This document shows, piece by piece, positions 36,274 to 46,382 of a stretch of 61,953 nucleotides of DNA. Numbering within the stretch: position 1 is the stretch's first letter; every line of letters begins with the position of its first letter. The DNA is taken from IMG/VR virus record IMGVR_UViG_3300045988_087611, one strand, 5' to 3'. Made by a program: the position numbers and the translations under genes. Origin of the DNA: a virus. The notes beneath the pieces are model-generated. The model was not told the origin of the DNA. It made no database searches and saw only the letters and a program-made list of their open reading frames with translations.

Positions 36274-36729
36274 ATGCTGAATAACAGAGGCCCCATTGAT
36301 ACCCGACTGGCTCTGACCGGGAAAGACGGTGCTCTTTACAGCGACGACGGCACAATGCTGGCGACCTGCGAGAGCTTTCAGACCCAGGTGAATGTAACCA
36401 ACGCCAAGTACCAGCCTCTGGGCGATGCCCAGGAGCATGAGGTGTTCCAGAGCTATGGCGTGACCCTCACCTTCACCGAGGTAGTCGTCACCGATGAACG
36501 ATTTATCTCTGAACTGTTCGATGGCATGGTCAGTGGCAACATGCCGAGCTGGAATTTCCAGGGCGTTGTCAAGGGGCGCAACGGCAGCGAGCAGCGGATG
36601 AACTACCGCCAGTGTGTGCCCAGCGGTGCCATTGACCTTCAGAACGTGACCGTGGGCGATCTGCTGAAGCGAGCCTGGAGCATGTTCGTCAACGAGCCCC
36701 CCGAGCTTCAGAAGCTCTTGACTGCGTGA
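36274..36729 (+). CDS. Tail tube protein (XkdM-like)
   Basis: 151 aa. Assigned by position and the TCESFQTQVNVTNAKYQPLGD pattern. Confidence 0.8.
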   Translation: MLNNRGPIDTRLALTGKDGALYSDDGTMLATCESFQTQVNVTNAKYQPLGDAQEHEVFQSYGVTLTFTEVVVTDERFISELFDGMVSGNMPSWNFQGVVKGRNGSEQRMNYRQCVPSGAIDLQNVTVGDLLKRAWSMFVNEPPELQKLLTA

Positions 36730-36740
36730 TTTCATGCGCA

Positions 36741-36765
36741 AGCTGTTTCCAAAAAGGAAACAGCT
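36741..36765 (+). terminator. Hairpin after the tail tube gene
   Basis: AGCTGTTTCC-AAAAA-GGAAACAGCT. Confidence 0.5.
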
Positions 36766-36795
36766 CACATACCCGGGAAAATATCACCCAAATAA

Positions 36796-36828
36796 GCAAG
36801 GCCGCCCCTGACAGCGGGGCGGCCTTGC
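36796..36828 (+). terminator. Second GC hairpin after the tail tube gene
   Basis: GCAAGGCCGCCCC-N7-GGGGCGGCCTTGC. Confidence 0.5.
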
Positions 36829-36849
36829 TCCATAAGGAGGAACAGATTT

Positions 36850-37374
36850 ATGAGCAGCTATGACGAAATCAGAACCGAAACCGGCACCGATGAAGAGCTC
36901 GATCCCACCACCCCCGAGGGGAAGGACACCTTGCGGAGATATGAGGACGATATTCTGGGTGGCCTTCTGGCTGCTGCCAGCTTCAAGGAGAGCGAGGAGG
37001 AAACCTATCCTATGGAGGTCGCACGGAACGGGGTCGTCTATTTCAAGTTCCGGGTGCATCCGCTCCGCGAAGAGGACTACCAGAAGTGCAAGGAGCGGTA
37101 CACCAAGTACGTCCGCAATAAGCAGCTCGGTATCCGTGTGCCGGAGAAGACCGATTCTATCTCCTATCGGAATGCCCTGATCTACGAGGCCACTGTCAAG
37201 GAGGACAGAGAGCGCCTGTGGGATAACCACGAGGCATGGCGCCGCCTGGATGTAATCAACGGCGTGGAGCTGATTGGCCGAGTGCTGAAGGCCGGCGAGA
37301 AGGACGCCATTCTGGAGTATATCGACAAAATCAGCGGCTATTCCATGATGGCAGAGGACACCACAAAAAACTAA
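36850..37374 (+). CDS. Tail assembly chaperone (XkdN-like), short form
   Basis: 174-aa acidic protein upstream of the tape measure. It ends just after a slippery heptamer. Confidence 0.7.
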   Translation: MSSYDEIRTETGTDEELDPTTPEGKDTLRRYEDDILGGLLAAASFKESEEETYPMEVARNGVVYFKFRVHPLREEDYQKCKERYTKYVRNKQLGIRVPEKTDSISYRNALIYEATVKEDRERLWDNHEAWRRLDVINGVELIGRVLKAGEKDAILEYIDKISGYSMMAEDTTKN

Positions 37375-37571
37375 TCATGGCCGGCGGGAGAGCTACCCTG
37401 CTCCACCACGTCTTGCAGCGTATCGGTTTTGAGGCGTGGGCGGCTGCCGCCGGCTTTACATCGACCGAGGAGGCCATGACGTGCCCAGGAACCGGCATCT
37501 TTGTCCGGGCATCCATGCGGGCGCAGATAGACGCCGATACCAACGGAAGGGGGGAAACGGATGGCGGCTGA
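36850..37571 (+). CDS. Tail assembly chaperone, -1 frameshift-extended form
   Basis: A AAA AAC at 37365-37371 is in the zero frame (aca aaa aac taa). The -1 frame stays open to 37571 (KKLIMAGGRATLL...). Confidence 0.6.
37365..37371 (+). promoter_or_regulatory. Programmed -1 ribosomal frameshift slippery site A_AAA_AAC
   Basis: Canonical X_XXY_YYZ heptamer one codon before the chaperone stop. Confidence 0.6.
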
Positions 37572-40500
37572 AACTTTTCGCATTGAAATCCCCATTGATG
37601 TCGAGGACAATACCGAGCCTGGCGTAAGCAGCGCAAAGCGTAAGGTGAAATCCTTTGACGATGTGAACCGAAAGACACAAGAGCGTTTGGACAAGATGAA
37701 CCGCACTAAATACCGGGTGGTGCTGGACGCGCTGGATAGAGCCAGCAGCGTTATCGGAGCCGTCCGCTCCAAGGTGGGCGGTTTTGCCGGGAGGACTTTC
37801 AGCTTTACCCTGAAGGTCTTGGATATTGCCACCGCCCCCCTTCGGGGCGTTTTGAACCTGGTAACATCAATCCAGGGTGCCGTGCTCGGGGCAACGGGGG
37901 CATTTGCTGGCATCTACCAGCCGATGAACCTGGCCGGAGACTATGAGCAGACGGTGGTGGCCTTCAACACCCTGCTGGGCAGCGCCGAAAAGGCCACCAA
38001 GTTCTTGAAAGAGGCCCAGCAATTCGCCAATACGACGCCCTTTGAGTTCCCAGAGCTGCTGGACAGCAGCAAACTGCTATTGGCCTTCGGTTTCCAGGCA
38101 GACAATATCCTGGACATGATGGAGACCATTGGTGATACATCCAGCGGCCTCGGTGCTGGAGCTGAAGGTATCGACCGGATCACTCGGGCCCTGGGGCAGA
38201 TGTACGCAAAGGGCCGCGTCCAAGCCGAAGAGCTGCTTCAGCTCCAGGAAATGGGCGTGCCGGCAGCGGAGATCCTTCAGCAAGAGCTTGGCCTAACGGC
38301 GGAGCAGGTTGCCAACATCGGAAATGAGAGCGTAAATGCCTCAGTGGCTATCCAAGCTCTCCTCACCGGCATGGATAAGCGGTTCGGCGGCATGATGGCA
38401 AACCAGTCCAAAACGGCCAAAGGCATGATAAGCACCATAAAGGACACAATCCAAAACAACCTGATCCGAAACTGGGGTGAAGGTCTATGGGAAGGTGTTA
38501 AGCCCGGCCTGGAGAAGGTCACCACTTGGCTCGATGAGAACCAGGACACCGTTGCCGAATGGGGCGAGGCTTGGAAAGAGGCCGGTGCCAACATCAGCAA
38601 ATGGGTCATGGATAGGATTGACGGTCTCCGGAAGACCGTCAGCGACCTTGTGAACTCCCAGGAGTGGAAGGATGCAGAATCCTTTGGGGAGAAAGTAAGT
38701 CTTGCCTGGGACAAAATAATTGCGGAGCCCTTTGATGCCTGGTGGAATAGTACGGGGAAAGCCTGGTTGTCCGAGAAAGCGGCCAGTATCGGACACGGCC
38801 TTGGAAGCGCCATCAGCACCGGCCTCCTTGGGTTGCTTGGCATTGATGTAAGCGACGCTCTCGCAGACGGAAAAACCGTGGGCAGCTCCTTCATCGACGG
38901 GTTCGCCCAGGGATTTGACACCGAGAAGATCACCGCAGCCCTGAAGACCTGGGCTGACGAAAACAAGGAAATCGTTGCTGCGATTGGCATCGGTATTGGA
39001 GCCAAAATGCTGGGAGGCATTATAACCGGACTGGGGAAGCTGGCCGAGCTGAAGAACCTCTTCGGAGGAAAGGGCAGCAAGGCGACAGAAGCGGCCGGTG
39101 CATCAGGCGGAAGTAGATACACCACCACAACCATGAATGTGACCGCCAGCGTTGTCAACGTCTATGGAAACAGCATTGGAAATCGGACTTCCACATCGGC
39201 GAATGTGGCGGGTGCTTCTGGTAGCTCACTTCCGGTACTCGCCGGTGCCGGAGCTGGTGGTGTAGGTCGTGCTCTCATAGGCGGTGCTCCCCTGGCCCTT
39301 CCGGGTGGGCAGCTCGCACTTCCGGGAGAAGTTGCAACTACGGCAGCCGGCGGCGGTAAGGCGGCATGGCTGGCCCAGGCACCCGGCGGCGTTATTGGGT
39401 CACTTTTGGCAAAGGCAGGCGTGGCCTTGGGCAGCGGTGCCAGCACTGCTGCCGGCGCAGCAGCTGCCGGCGCAGCCAGTATCGGAGGCGGCATTCTCGG
39501 CGGCATTGGCATCATCGACGGCATTCGGAACATCATCCGAGGCACCCAGACCAGCGGCAAGGAGGCCCAGGACGAATACGCTAAAGGCGGTACTAAGATT
39601 GGCATGGTCGGAGCTGGTGCGGCAACTGGAGCTGCTATCGGGGCAGCATTCGGCGGCATCGGAGCCGTCCCCGGTGCCCTTGTGGGAGCCGGCGTCGGAG
39701 GCATAGGCGCCCTCCTGGGCGGTGACAGCCTGGGCCAGGTTATTTCTGACGCCTTGGACGAAGGCGGAGCCCTCTCTACATTTTGGGAGAATACGAAGGA
39801 AACCGCAGGCAACGCATGGGAGGCGATTAAAACCGGCGCTTCCGATGCCGGAACCTGGGTATCTGAAAAGTTGGGCTCTGCCGGAGACTGGATCAGCGAA
39901 AAATGGAGCGGCTTCAGCGAATGGTTTGATAGCTCTGTCTGGACACCAGTGAAGGACGTCGGCATTTCCGCAATCAATATCGCCGCCGGTGCCTGGGGTA
40001 GTGCCAAGGAGACCATCAGCGAAGGATGGGCCGACTTTTCAGGATGGTTCGATGAAAATATCTGGACACCAGTTACAGAAGCAGCGCAAAATGCCGGGGA
40101 CTGGATCAGCGAGCGATGGACGGAGGCCAAACAGTGGATTTCTGATGGCTGGTCGGACTTTTCAAGTTGGTTCGACAGCAACGTATGGGAGCCCGTCAAG
40201 GAAGCGGCTGCTGGAGCCGGACAGTGGATAGAAGACCGCTGGACAGAGGCGCGTACATGGGTTGGTGACCGCTGGAACGACTTTTCCACCTGGTTTGATG
40301 AATCTATTTGGACGCCCGTAAAAACCGGCGCCCAGAACGCCGCCACCTGGGTAAGCACACGCTGGACAGAAGCAAAAACCTTTTTGAGTGAGAGTTGGCA
40401 GACGGTCAGCACATGGTTTTCTGAAAATGTATGGGAGCCAGTTAAAACTGCTGCCAAAGATGCTGGTGCATGGCTTGGTGACAAGTTTACAGCCGCAAAA

Positions 40501-41151
40501 GATGCCGTACACACGGCCTGGGCCGGTGTTTCTACCTGGTTCGAGGACAATGTATGGACGCCTATCAAAAATGGAGCGTCTGCGGCCTGGGATTGGGTCG
40601 GCGACAAACTGAACGGAATAGGTGCGTGGATCGGTGATCAGTGGCACAGCTTTACGGATTGGCTCGGCGGCTTGGGCCAAAAAGGTTCTGAAGTTACAGG
40701 ACTGACCACGAGCCAGGGAAAATCAACCGTGCTGGAACACGCCTGGGGCGGCATTATGACAAGGCCGCACATGGGCATTGTGGCTGAAGATGGTGCCGAG
40801 AGCATTATCCCACTGTCCCCCTCAAAGCGCGGCCGCGGCATCGACCTGTGGGAGCGCACAGGCCAGGCCCTGGGGGTGCGGCCCTATGCAGAAGGTGGAA
40901 TCGTCGGTGAGCCGGAAGACACAGCGGCCATTCCGCTCGACACCGGAAGCTCCGGCGGCCCCAGAATAGACGTGCATCTGGAAATGAGCCCGCAGTTTGT
41001 GGTCGAGGCCAGGGAAAGCGGCCTGGATGAAGAGAGCATCGTCGCCATCATCAAGGCCCGCATCCGGGAAATGGTGGACGACATCAGCGACGAGCTGGCC
41101 GAGCGGCTGGCTCGCATCTTTGCCAATATGCCGGTGAAAGGAGGAGCGTGA
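37561..41151 (+). CDS. Tape measure protein
   Basis: 1196 aa. Gly/Ala-rich hydrophobic central region, Trp-rich 41-aa tandem repeats, located after the chaperone pair. Confidence 0.9.
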   Translation: MAAETFRIEIPIDVEDNTEPGVSSAKRKVKSFDDVNRKTQERLDKMNRTKYRVVLDALDRASSVIGAVRSKVGGFAGRTFSFTLKVLDIATAPLRGVLNLVTSIQGAVLGATGAFAGIYQPMNLAGDYEQTVVAFNTLLGSAEKATKFLKEAQQFANTTPFEFPELLDSSKLLLAFGFQADNILDMMETIGDTSSGLGAGAEGIDRITRALGQMYAKGRVQAEELLQLQEMGVPAAEILQQELGLTAEQVANIGNESVNASVAIQALLTGMDKRFGGMMANQSKTAKGMISTIKDTIQNNLIRNWGEGLWEGVKPGLEKVTTWLDENQDTVAEWGEAWKEAGANISKWVMDRIDGLRKTVSDLVNSQEWKDAESFGEKVSLAWDKIIAEPFDAWWNSTGKAWLSEKAASIGHGLGSAISTGLLGLLGIDVSDALADGKTVGSSFIDGFAQGFDTEKITAALKTWADENKEIVAAIGIGIGAKMLGGIITGLGKLAELKNLFGGKGSKATEAAGASGGSRYTTTTMNVTASVVNVYGNSIGNRTSTSANVAGASGSSLPVLAGAGAGGVGRALIGGAPLALPGGQLALPGEVATTAAGGGKAAWLAQAPGGVIGSLLAKAGVALGSGASTAAGAAAAGAASIGGGILGGIGIIDGIRNIIRGTQTSGKEAQDEYAKGGTKIGMVGAGAATGAAIGAAFGGIGAVPGALVGAGVGGIGALLGGDSLGQVISDALDEGGALSTFWENTKETAGNAWEAIKTGASDAGTWVSEKLGSAGDWISEKWSGFSEWFDSSVWTPVKDVGISAINIAAGAWGSAKETISEGWADFSGWFDENIWTPVTEAAQNAGDWISERWTEAKQWISDGWSDFSSWFDSNVWEPVKEAAAGAGQWIEDRWTEARTWVGDRWNDFSTWFDESIWTPVKTGAQNAATWVSTRWTEAKTFLSESWQTVSTWFSENVWEPVKTAAKDAGAWLGDKFTAAKDAVHTAWAGVSTWFEDNVWTPIKNGASAAWDWVGDKLNGIGAWIGDQWHSFTDWLGGLGQKGSEVTGLTTSQGKSTVLEHAWGGIMTRPHMGIVAEDGAESIIPLSPSKRGRGIDLWERTGQALGVRPYAEGGIVGEPEDTAAIPLDTGSSGGPRIDVHLEMSPQFVVEARESGLDEESIVAIIKARIREMVDDISDELAERLARIFANMPVKGGA

Positions 41152-41819
41152 TATTGGACATCTACATCACCGAAAAGGAGAGCGGAACCAGGATCGCGCT
41201 CTCCATGCTGCCGGAAAAGGTGAAGCGCAAAGCGAGCACCAAGTTCCAAAGCTATGACATTATCAACATTGGGGAGGTAAAGCTGCCCAGAGGGACGAAG
41301 CTGCTGACGTTTTCCTGGGACGGCACCTTCCCCGGCTCCGGTCGGAAGAGCTACGGATTTATCAAAAGCCACTTCTGGATGGAGCCAAAAGAGCTGGAGG
41401 CAATCTTCGACCAATGGAGAACCGACGGCACTATTTTAATCCTGATGGTAACCGAAACCTTCATCAACCATGAGGTTTATATTTCTGATTTCACGGCCAC
41501 GAACACCGGCGGCGCCGGAGATGTTTCTTACAGCGTCACCTTCACCGAGGCCAAGGAAATCAAGGTTTACACCACCTCGGAGCTGAACATCAAGCCGGCA
41601 GCCAAGACCAACGAAACCAGCTCCGCCACCCGGCCGGCGCCAGCAGCGGCGTCGGCCAAAACCTATACCGTCAAGAGCGGGGATAGCCTCTGGGCTATTG
41701 CAAAGCGGTATCTCGGAAGCGGATCACGCTACAATGAGATATATGAGCTGAACAAGAGCACCATCGGCAGCAACCCGAATCTGATTTATCCCGGCCAAGT
41801 CTTCACCCTTCCGAGCTAA
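41148..41819 (+). CDS. LysM-domain tail protein (XkdP-like)
   Basis: C-terminal LysM YTVKSGDSLWAIAKRYLGSGSRYNEIYELN...IYPGQVFTLP. Confidence 0.8.
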   Translation: MILDIYITEKESGTRIALSMLPEKVKRKASTKFQSYDIINIGEVKLPRGTKLLTFSWDGTFPGSGRKSYGFIKSHFWMEPKELEAIFDQWRTDGTILILMVTETFINHEVYISDFTATNTGGAGDVSYSVTFTEAKEIKVYTTSELNIKPAAKTNETSSATRPAPAAASAKTYTVKSGDSLWAIAKRYLGSGSRYNEIYELNKSTIGSNPNLIYPGQVFTLPS

Positions 41820-41832
41820 AGGAGGTTCCGCC

Positions 41833-43065
41833 TTGATTGATGTTAAAAAGCTGAAGTACCAATTCATCGGCATCTCGGAGGATGGAACGCAACTGGACAT
41901 CACCGGAGCCACGGAAGACCAGGGCTGGGAAGAAGGCGAAGGAGAACTGGCTATGCGGGTCAGCCTCACCGTCCACAACACCAAGTACAACGGGAAATAC
42001 CTGTCTGATATTCTGAAGCCTGGGTGCATCATCGCGGTCGTGGCTGACTGGGGAGACGGCACCGAGGAGGTCGCCCGGGGGAGCATCGTTGATTGGGACA
42101 CCAGCAACCAGAGTTCCAAGGACACCTTTTCCATCCTCGCCTATGATGAACTTTTCAATTTGCAGGACAGCCAGGACAACCGCTATATTACCGCCGGTAC
42201 GGGCACCAAGGCCGCGCTGACAGCCATTTTCTCCGATTGGGGCATACCTGTCGGGGAGTACAAAGGGCCCGATGTGCCCCACGCAAAGACGCCATTCAAG
42301 AACGAGTATATCAGCGATATGATCGAGCAGCTTCTGGACGACGCCGTGAAACAAGGTGCCGAGAAGTGCATAATCCGGGCCTCCAAGGGAACGGTAAGCG
42401 TCCTCCCTGAAGGTGGGAACGACACCATTTATCACTTCGACGAGGACGGCAGCATTGAGGTCACCAAAGACAAGGTGAGCATTCAGGGGCTCATTACCCG
42501 TGTGAAGGTGGTCGGCAAGGAGGACAGCGAGGGCCGCCAGGCAGTCGAGGCCATTGTGGATGGGCAGACCCGATTCGGCACCAGGCAGCGCATTTATAAC
42601 CGCCAGGAGAATGACAGCCTTGCGACTGCCAAAGCAGCAGCCCAGAAGATCATCAGTGACAGCGAGGCGGACACCCGCAGCACCACCATTCAGGGGCCCG
42701 ATGTGCCGACTATCCGGAAGGGGGACAAGATACACGTCACCGGCCGGACGCTGGACGGCTATTACATCGTCCTGTCTGTGCAGCATAATGCGGCGTCCTG
42801 CTCCATGACCATGGGAATCAAGCCCTTTGAGGAGACACCTAAACAGCCGGAACAGGCCCAAGAGCCAGCCAGCACCGACTTCAACAAGGGAGATAAGGTG
42901 ATCCTCAACGGTGCAGTCTACCGCGACAGCTACGGCACTGGGAAGGGTAAAACCTTTAGCGGACGTACCTGTACTATCACCATAAAAGTTGATACCAGCC
43001 GGCCATGCCCTTACCATGTGGACGGAATTGGCTGGGTCTATCCCAACACTATCACCAAAGCATGA
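41833..43065 (+). CDS. Baseplate hub / late control gpD-like protein (XkdQ-like)
   Basis: TTG start after AAAGGAGG. 410 aa, located after the LysM protein. Confidence 0.7.
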   Translation: MIDVKKLKYQFIGISEDGTQLDITGATEDQGWEEGEGELAMRVSLTVHNTKYNGKYLSDILKPGCIIAVVADWGDGTEEVARGSIVDWDTSNQSSKDTFSILAYDELFNLQDSQDNRYITAGTGTKAALTAIFSDWGIPVGEYKGPDVPHAKTPFKNEYISDMIEQLLDDAVKQGAEKCIIRASKGTVSVLPEGGNDTIYHFDEDGSIEVTKDKVSIQGLITRVKVVGKEDSEGRQAVEAIVDGQTRFGTRQRIYNRQENDSLATAKAAAQKIISDSEADTRSTTIQGPDVPTIRKGDKIHVTGRTLDGYYIVLSVQHNAASCSMTMGIKPFEETPKQPEQAQEPASTDFNKGDKVILNGAVYRDSYGTGKGKTFSGRTCTITIKVDTSRPCPYHVDGIGWVYPNTITKA

Positions 43066-43116
43066 GAGGAGTGAGGAGCCATAAATCCAGCAGAGGGAAA
43101 CCCCGGCACCAACAAA

Positions 43117-43542
43117 TTGGCCCGGGTCTTCAAGGAGCGCATGGATCGGGAGCGGAACGCCAATTCATCCCTGATTCTGGACTTTGGGGAAATACAGGGG
43201 GATTACAGCCTCCTCACGAACACCTACCCCAATCCTATCCCCAAAGGCGACTATCTCGTATGCCGTCAACTTACCATCGGCCCAACCAGCGGGCATTTGA
43301 CCTACACCATCCAGGCTGGCAAGCCCAATGACGGAACCCACAACCATGGGAGCAGCGGCACCCATGGAGGGCATACTGGCGGAGATGGCAGCCATACCCA
43401 TACCAGCGAAGGCCCCCACGTCCACGACGTTCTGATCCCCGATAAGATGCGGAAGTTGCTGCCTGGGGATCGCGTTCTCGTGGCATGGGTGCAAAATGAC
43501 GCCGTGGTGATTGACCTGGTACTCCCTGCGTCTGTGTTATGA
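43117..43542 (+). CDS. Baseplate spike-like protein (XkdR/DUF2577-like) with a His/Gly-rich tract
   Basis: Assigned by position. GTHNHGSSGTHGGHTGGDGSHTHTSEGPHVHD. The start (TTG 43117) is uncertain. Confidence 0.5.
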   Translation: MARVFKERMDRERNANSSLILDFGEIQGDYSLLTNTYPNPIPKGDYLVCRQLTIGPTSGHLTYTIQAGKPNDGTHNHGSSGTHGGHTGGDGSHTHTSEGPHVHDVLIPDKMRKLLPGDRVLVAWVQNDAVVIDLVLPASVL

Positions 43543-43555
43543 GAGGAGGAGGCCC

Positions 43556-44023
43556 GTGGCAACAACACAAAACCTCTTCCCGACCTATTCTGTCCCAACC
43601 ATTGAAACTCCGGCAGCCGCCCAGGAGCGAAAATACCGCCGGAGCCTATACTTTGACTTCGACACCGGCGACTTTCTCCAGGACGGAGCAGGAAAAATCG
43701 TGGAGGCAGATGGCCGGGAAGCCTATAAACAGTGGTGCATGAAGGTGGCTATGACCGAGCGGTTCACGCGCCTGGCTTACACCACGGACATCGGAACCGA
43801 AATGATAGACGCACTTGCCCAGGAAGACCGGGAGGCCGTCCAAAGTGCCATAGAGCGCACTATCACCGAGGCTCTGATGGTAAACCCCAAGACAGAGTAT
43901 GTCAGAGGGTTTACATTCACATGGGAAAGCGATTCCCTTTTCTGCACCTGTGTTGTGAAGGGGCAGGATTGGGAGGAGTTTTCCCTTGCAATCCCCGCCG
44001 AGGAGGTGAAAAGTATTGGATAA
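43556..44023 (+). CDS. Baseplate wedge gpW-like protein (XkdS/DUF2634-like)
   Basis: GTG at 43556 after GAGGAGGAGG. SLYFDFDTGDF pattern. Confidence 0.6.
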   Translation: MATTQNLFPTYSVPTIETPAAAQERKYRRSLYFDFDTGDFLQDGAGKIVEADGREAYKQWCMKVAMTERFTRLAYTTDIGTEMIDALAQEDREAVQSAIERTITEALMVNPKTEYVRGFTFTWESDSLFCTCVVKGQDWEEFSLAIPAEEVKSIG

Positions 44024-45170
44024 CCCCGTATTCGTTCCGCCGAGCTGGCTAAACGACCAAGACGCCGAAACCATCCACAAGCGCATGATGGAGGCGCTGC
44101 CGGCCGACATCGACGACACAGAGGGCGGCTTCCCCTGGGATATGACGATGCCAACGGCGCTGGAGAAGGCGGAAATGCTAGAGTTCCACCTTGTGGAGAC
44201 GCTGAAGCTCATGCAGCCTATGTGGGCCTATGGTGAGTGGCTGGACTATCACGCCCGCGCCGCACATGTGACCCGCCGGCCGGCAAACGCAGCTTATGGC
44301 ATCGTGACCGTGACCGGGCTGGAGGGGACGGAGATCCCCGCCGGCTTTCTTTTTGCCGTCCCGGCGGTCGGAAACTCGCCAGCAGTGGAATTTGCCACGG
44401 AGGCGACTGTCACGATTGGCGGTTCTGGAAGCGTAGATGTCGGTGTAACTGCGGTAGAGGCCGGGCCCAGCGGAAATGTACCGGCTGGAGCTATCGCCAT
44501 CATGTCCACACCCATGACAGGCATTACCGGCATTACAAACGAAGATCGCACTACCGGAGGAACCGAGGAAGAGGACGACGACACCCTCCGAGAACGTGTC
44601 AACGAAGCCAACCAGGCAGCCGAGGCCGGCTTTGTCGGATGCGATGCCGACTATATCCGCTGGGCGAAGGAAGTCGCCGGTGTGGGCACTCCCTTTGTCA
44701 TCGCCAACTGGAACCCGGATGTAAAGAACAGTGTGAAGCTGGTGATCCTGGACAGCAACGGCGACCCGGCCAACGGGAGCATTCTGGAGGCGGTGGAGAA
44801 ACACATCATGTCCCCGGACGACCGCATCAACCGGAAAGCCCCTGTGGGCGCTATCTTGACGGTGTGTGCCCCGGACATGGTGGAACTGACCTATACCCTT
44901 ACCGCGACCCTCCGGGCCGGTTATAAGGCCGCTGATGTGAAGGAGTACCTGAAGGAAGAGCTCCAAGCATACTACGTCGAGGCCAAGGAAGAAAATCTGC
45001 TCCAGTACAATCGGCTCCACGCTATCTTCACCGAAGCCCCTGGCATCTATGATTTTGCCGATTTCAAGGTCAACGGTGCTGCGAAGAACATTACCCTGGA
45101 GCAGGATGAATACCCGGAAACCGCCAGTATAGACCTCGGTCCGGAGACTGAGGAGGTGCTGGGGACGTGA
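44016..45170 (+). CDS. Baseplate J-like protein (XkdT-like)
   Basis: 384 aa. N-terminus ...DIDDTEGGFPWDMTMPTALE...YGIVTVTG is typical of the Baseplate_J family. Confidence 0.85.
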   Translation: MDNPVFVPPSWLNDQDAETIHKRMMEALPADIDDTEGGFPWDMTMPTALEKAEMLEFHLVETLKLMQPMWAYGEWLDYHARAAHVTRRPANAAYGIVTVTGLEGTEIPAGFLFAVPAVGNSPAVEFATEATVTIGGSGSVDVGVTAVEAGPSGNVPAGAIAIMSTPMTGITGITNEDRTTGGTEEEDDDTLRERVNEANQAAEAGFVGCDADYIRWAKEVAGVGTPFVIANWNPDVKNSVKLVILDSNGDPANGSILEAVEKHIMSPDDRINRKAPVGAILTVCAPDMVELTYTLTATLRAGYKAADVKEYLKEELQAYYVEAKEENLLQYNRLHAIFTEAPGIYDFADFKVNGAAKNITLEQDEYPETASIDLGPETEEVLGT

Positions 45171-45979
45171 AGCGATTCGAGCGCATCGACTTAGAGCATT
45201 TTCCGACCTGTGAAACATCGAAGAGGATGCTCGCTCGTGTGTCACCTATCTATGAACGCTCCTATGTTGGAAAATGGCTTTATCAGGTAATGGGGCTGGA
45301 GATGGAAGATGCCAGGAGGCTCTTTGATGAGCTGCGGCAACAGGCGTTTCCCGAGACGGCAACCTGGGGCCTGACCTACTGGGAGCAGCGATACGGCATC
45401 ACTCCCAACCCGGCAGACGACCTGGAAGCCCGGCGTCAGGCCGTCCTTGATCGCCAGAACGCCAGATCCCCAATGAACCCCGCCCGCATCGAGGCTATCA
45501 TCAACGGCATGACAGGGATGCCGGTCACAGTCACAGAAAATGTGGCTGATTACACCTTTGGAGTAAGGATCGAGAATACCGGGGATGGGAGCGTGGATAT
45601 TCCGGCCGTAATGGTACGGCTCCGAAAAATCAAGCCGTCTCATCAGTGGTTTGAGCTGGATATTGGGCACTCGGTTATTTTTGAGAATAACCCGGGTGCC
45701 TTTATATTTTCAGAATTCCAGGCCCGATATGCTTTTTCCAACGCCCGGGGCGGAAACCTGGTGTTCCTGGACGGCTCAAAACAGTTGGACGGTTCCTGGA
45801 AGCTCAACCAGACCTTCTATGGCGTGACCTTCCCGCTCTTCACCGTGGCCTCCGCTTTCGAGAACGAGGAGAGGCTGACGGCCAGAATGACACTGGACAC
45901 CTGGTATGAGCTCGACGGCACCGTCCGGTTGGACGGGAGCCGGAAGCTCAACGCACAAATCACAGAGGAGGAAATCTGA
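45167..45979 (+). CDS. Tail protein of the XkdU/YmfQ (DUF2313) family
   Basis: GTGA overlap start. ...GLTYWEQRYGI... motif. Confidence 0.65.
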   Translation: MKRFERIDLEHFPTCETSKRMLARVSPIYERSYVGKWLYQVMGLEMEDARRLFDELRQQAFPETATWGLTYWEQRYGITPNPADDLEARRQAVLDRQNARSPMNPARIEAIINGMTGMPVTVTENVADYTFGVRIENTGDGSVDIPAVMVRLRKIKPSHQWFELDIGHSVIFENNPGAFIFSEFQARYAFSNARGGNLVFLDGSKQLDGSWKLNQTFYGVTFPLFTVASAFENEERLTARMTLDTWYELDGTVRLDGSRKLNAQITEEEI

Positions 45980-46374
45980 TGGCAGGAAATACCGAAAACA
46001 GCATCATCACCAAAATCCGCCGTGTCAAGACGTGTAAGGCGTCCCGGGGGGCCATTGAAACCCTCCCCCCGGTTACCCACATTGTATTCGGCGACCAGGG
46101 CGTGGACGAGGGCGGGGAACCCATCCCGCCTACCGAGGAGCAGAATGCCCTCAAGCACCAGATTGCCAAATACCCTATCGGCAGTGTATCGAACCCGGTG
46201 GAGACCACCAACCGATATTCCGTCACCATCCCGGAAACCGAGCTGACCGGCGAGAGCATCAGCGAGGCGGCTCTGATGGACAGCGAAGGAGACCTGGTGG
46301 CGATCAAGACCATGTACGCAAAAAAGAAGGACGCCGGTGCGGCGTTTACCTTCGTCTTCGATGACGAATTCTAA
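45979..46374 (+). CDS. Tail-fibre collar/adaptor protein
   Basis: 131 aa. THIVFGDQGVDEGGEPIPPTEEQNALKHQI resembles tail-collar N-terminal domains. Confidence 0.45.
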   Translation: MAGNTENSIITKIRRVKTCKASRGAIETLPPVTHIVFGDQGVDEGGEPIPPTEEQNALKHQIAKYPIGSVSNPVETTNRYSVTIPETELTGESISEAALMDSEGDLVAIKTMYAKKKDAGAAFTFVFDDEF

Positions 46375-46382
46375 GGAGGGTC

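Noticed and set aside
34598-36355. 585-aa minus-strand ORF opposite the tail sheath gene. Similar long antisense ORFs occur at 2788-4065, 25877-27079, 30362-31726, 39162-40607, 41803-43017, 44178-45245 and 46725-47969.
   Set aside because: These are shadow ORFs typical of GC-rich coding DNA. Their products are low-complexity (Gly/Ala/Arg/Leu-rich) with no RBS or motifs, while the plus-strand partners have clear phage-protein signatures and operon coupling.
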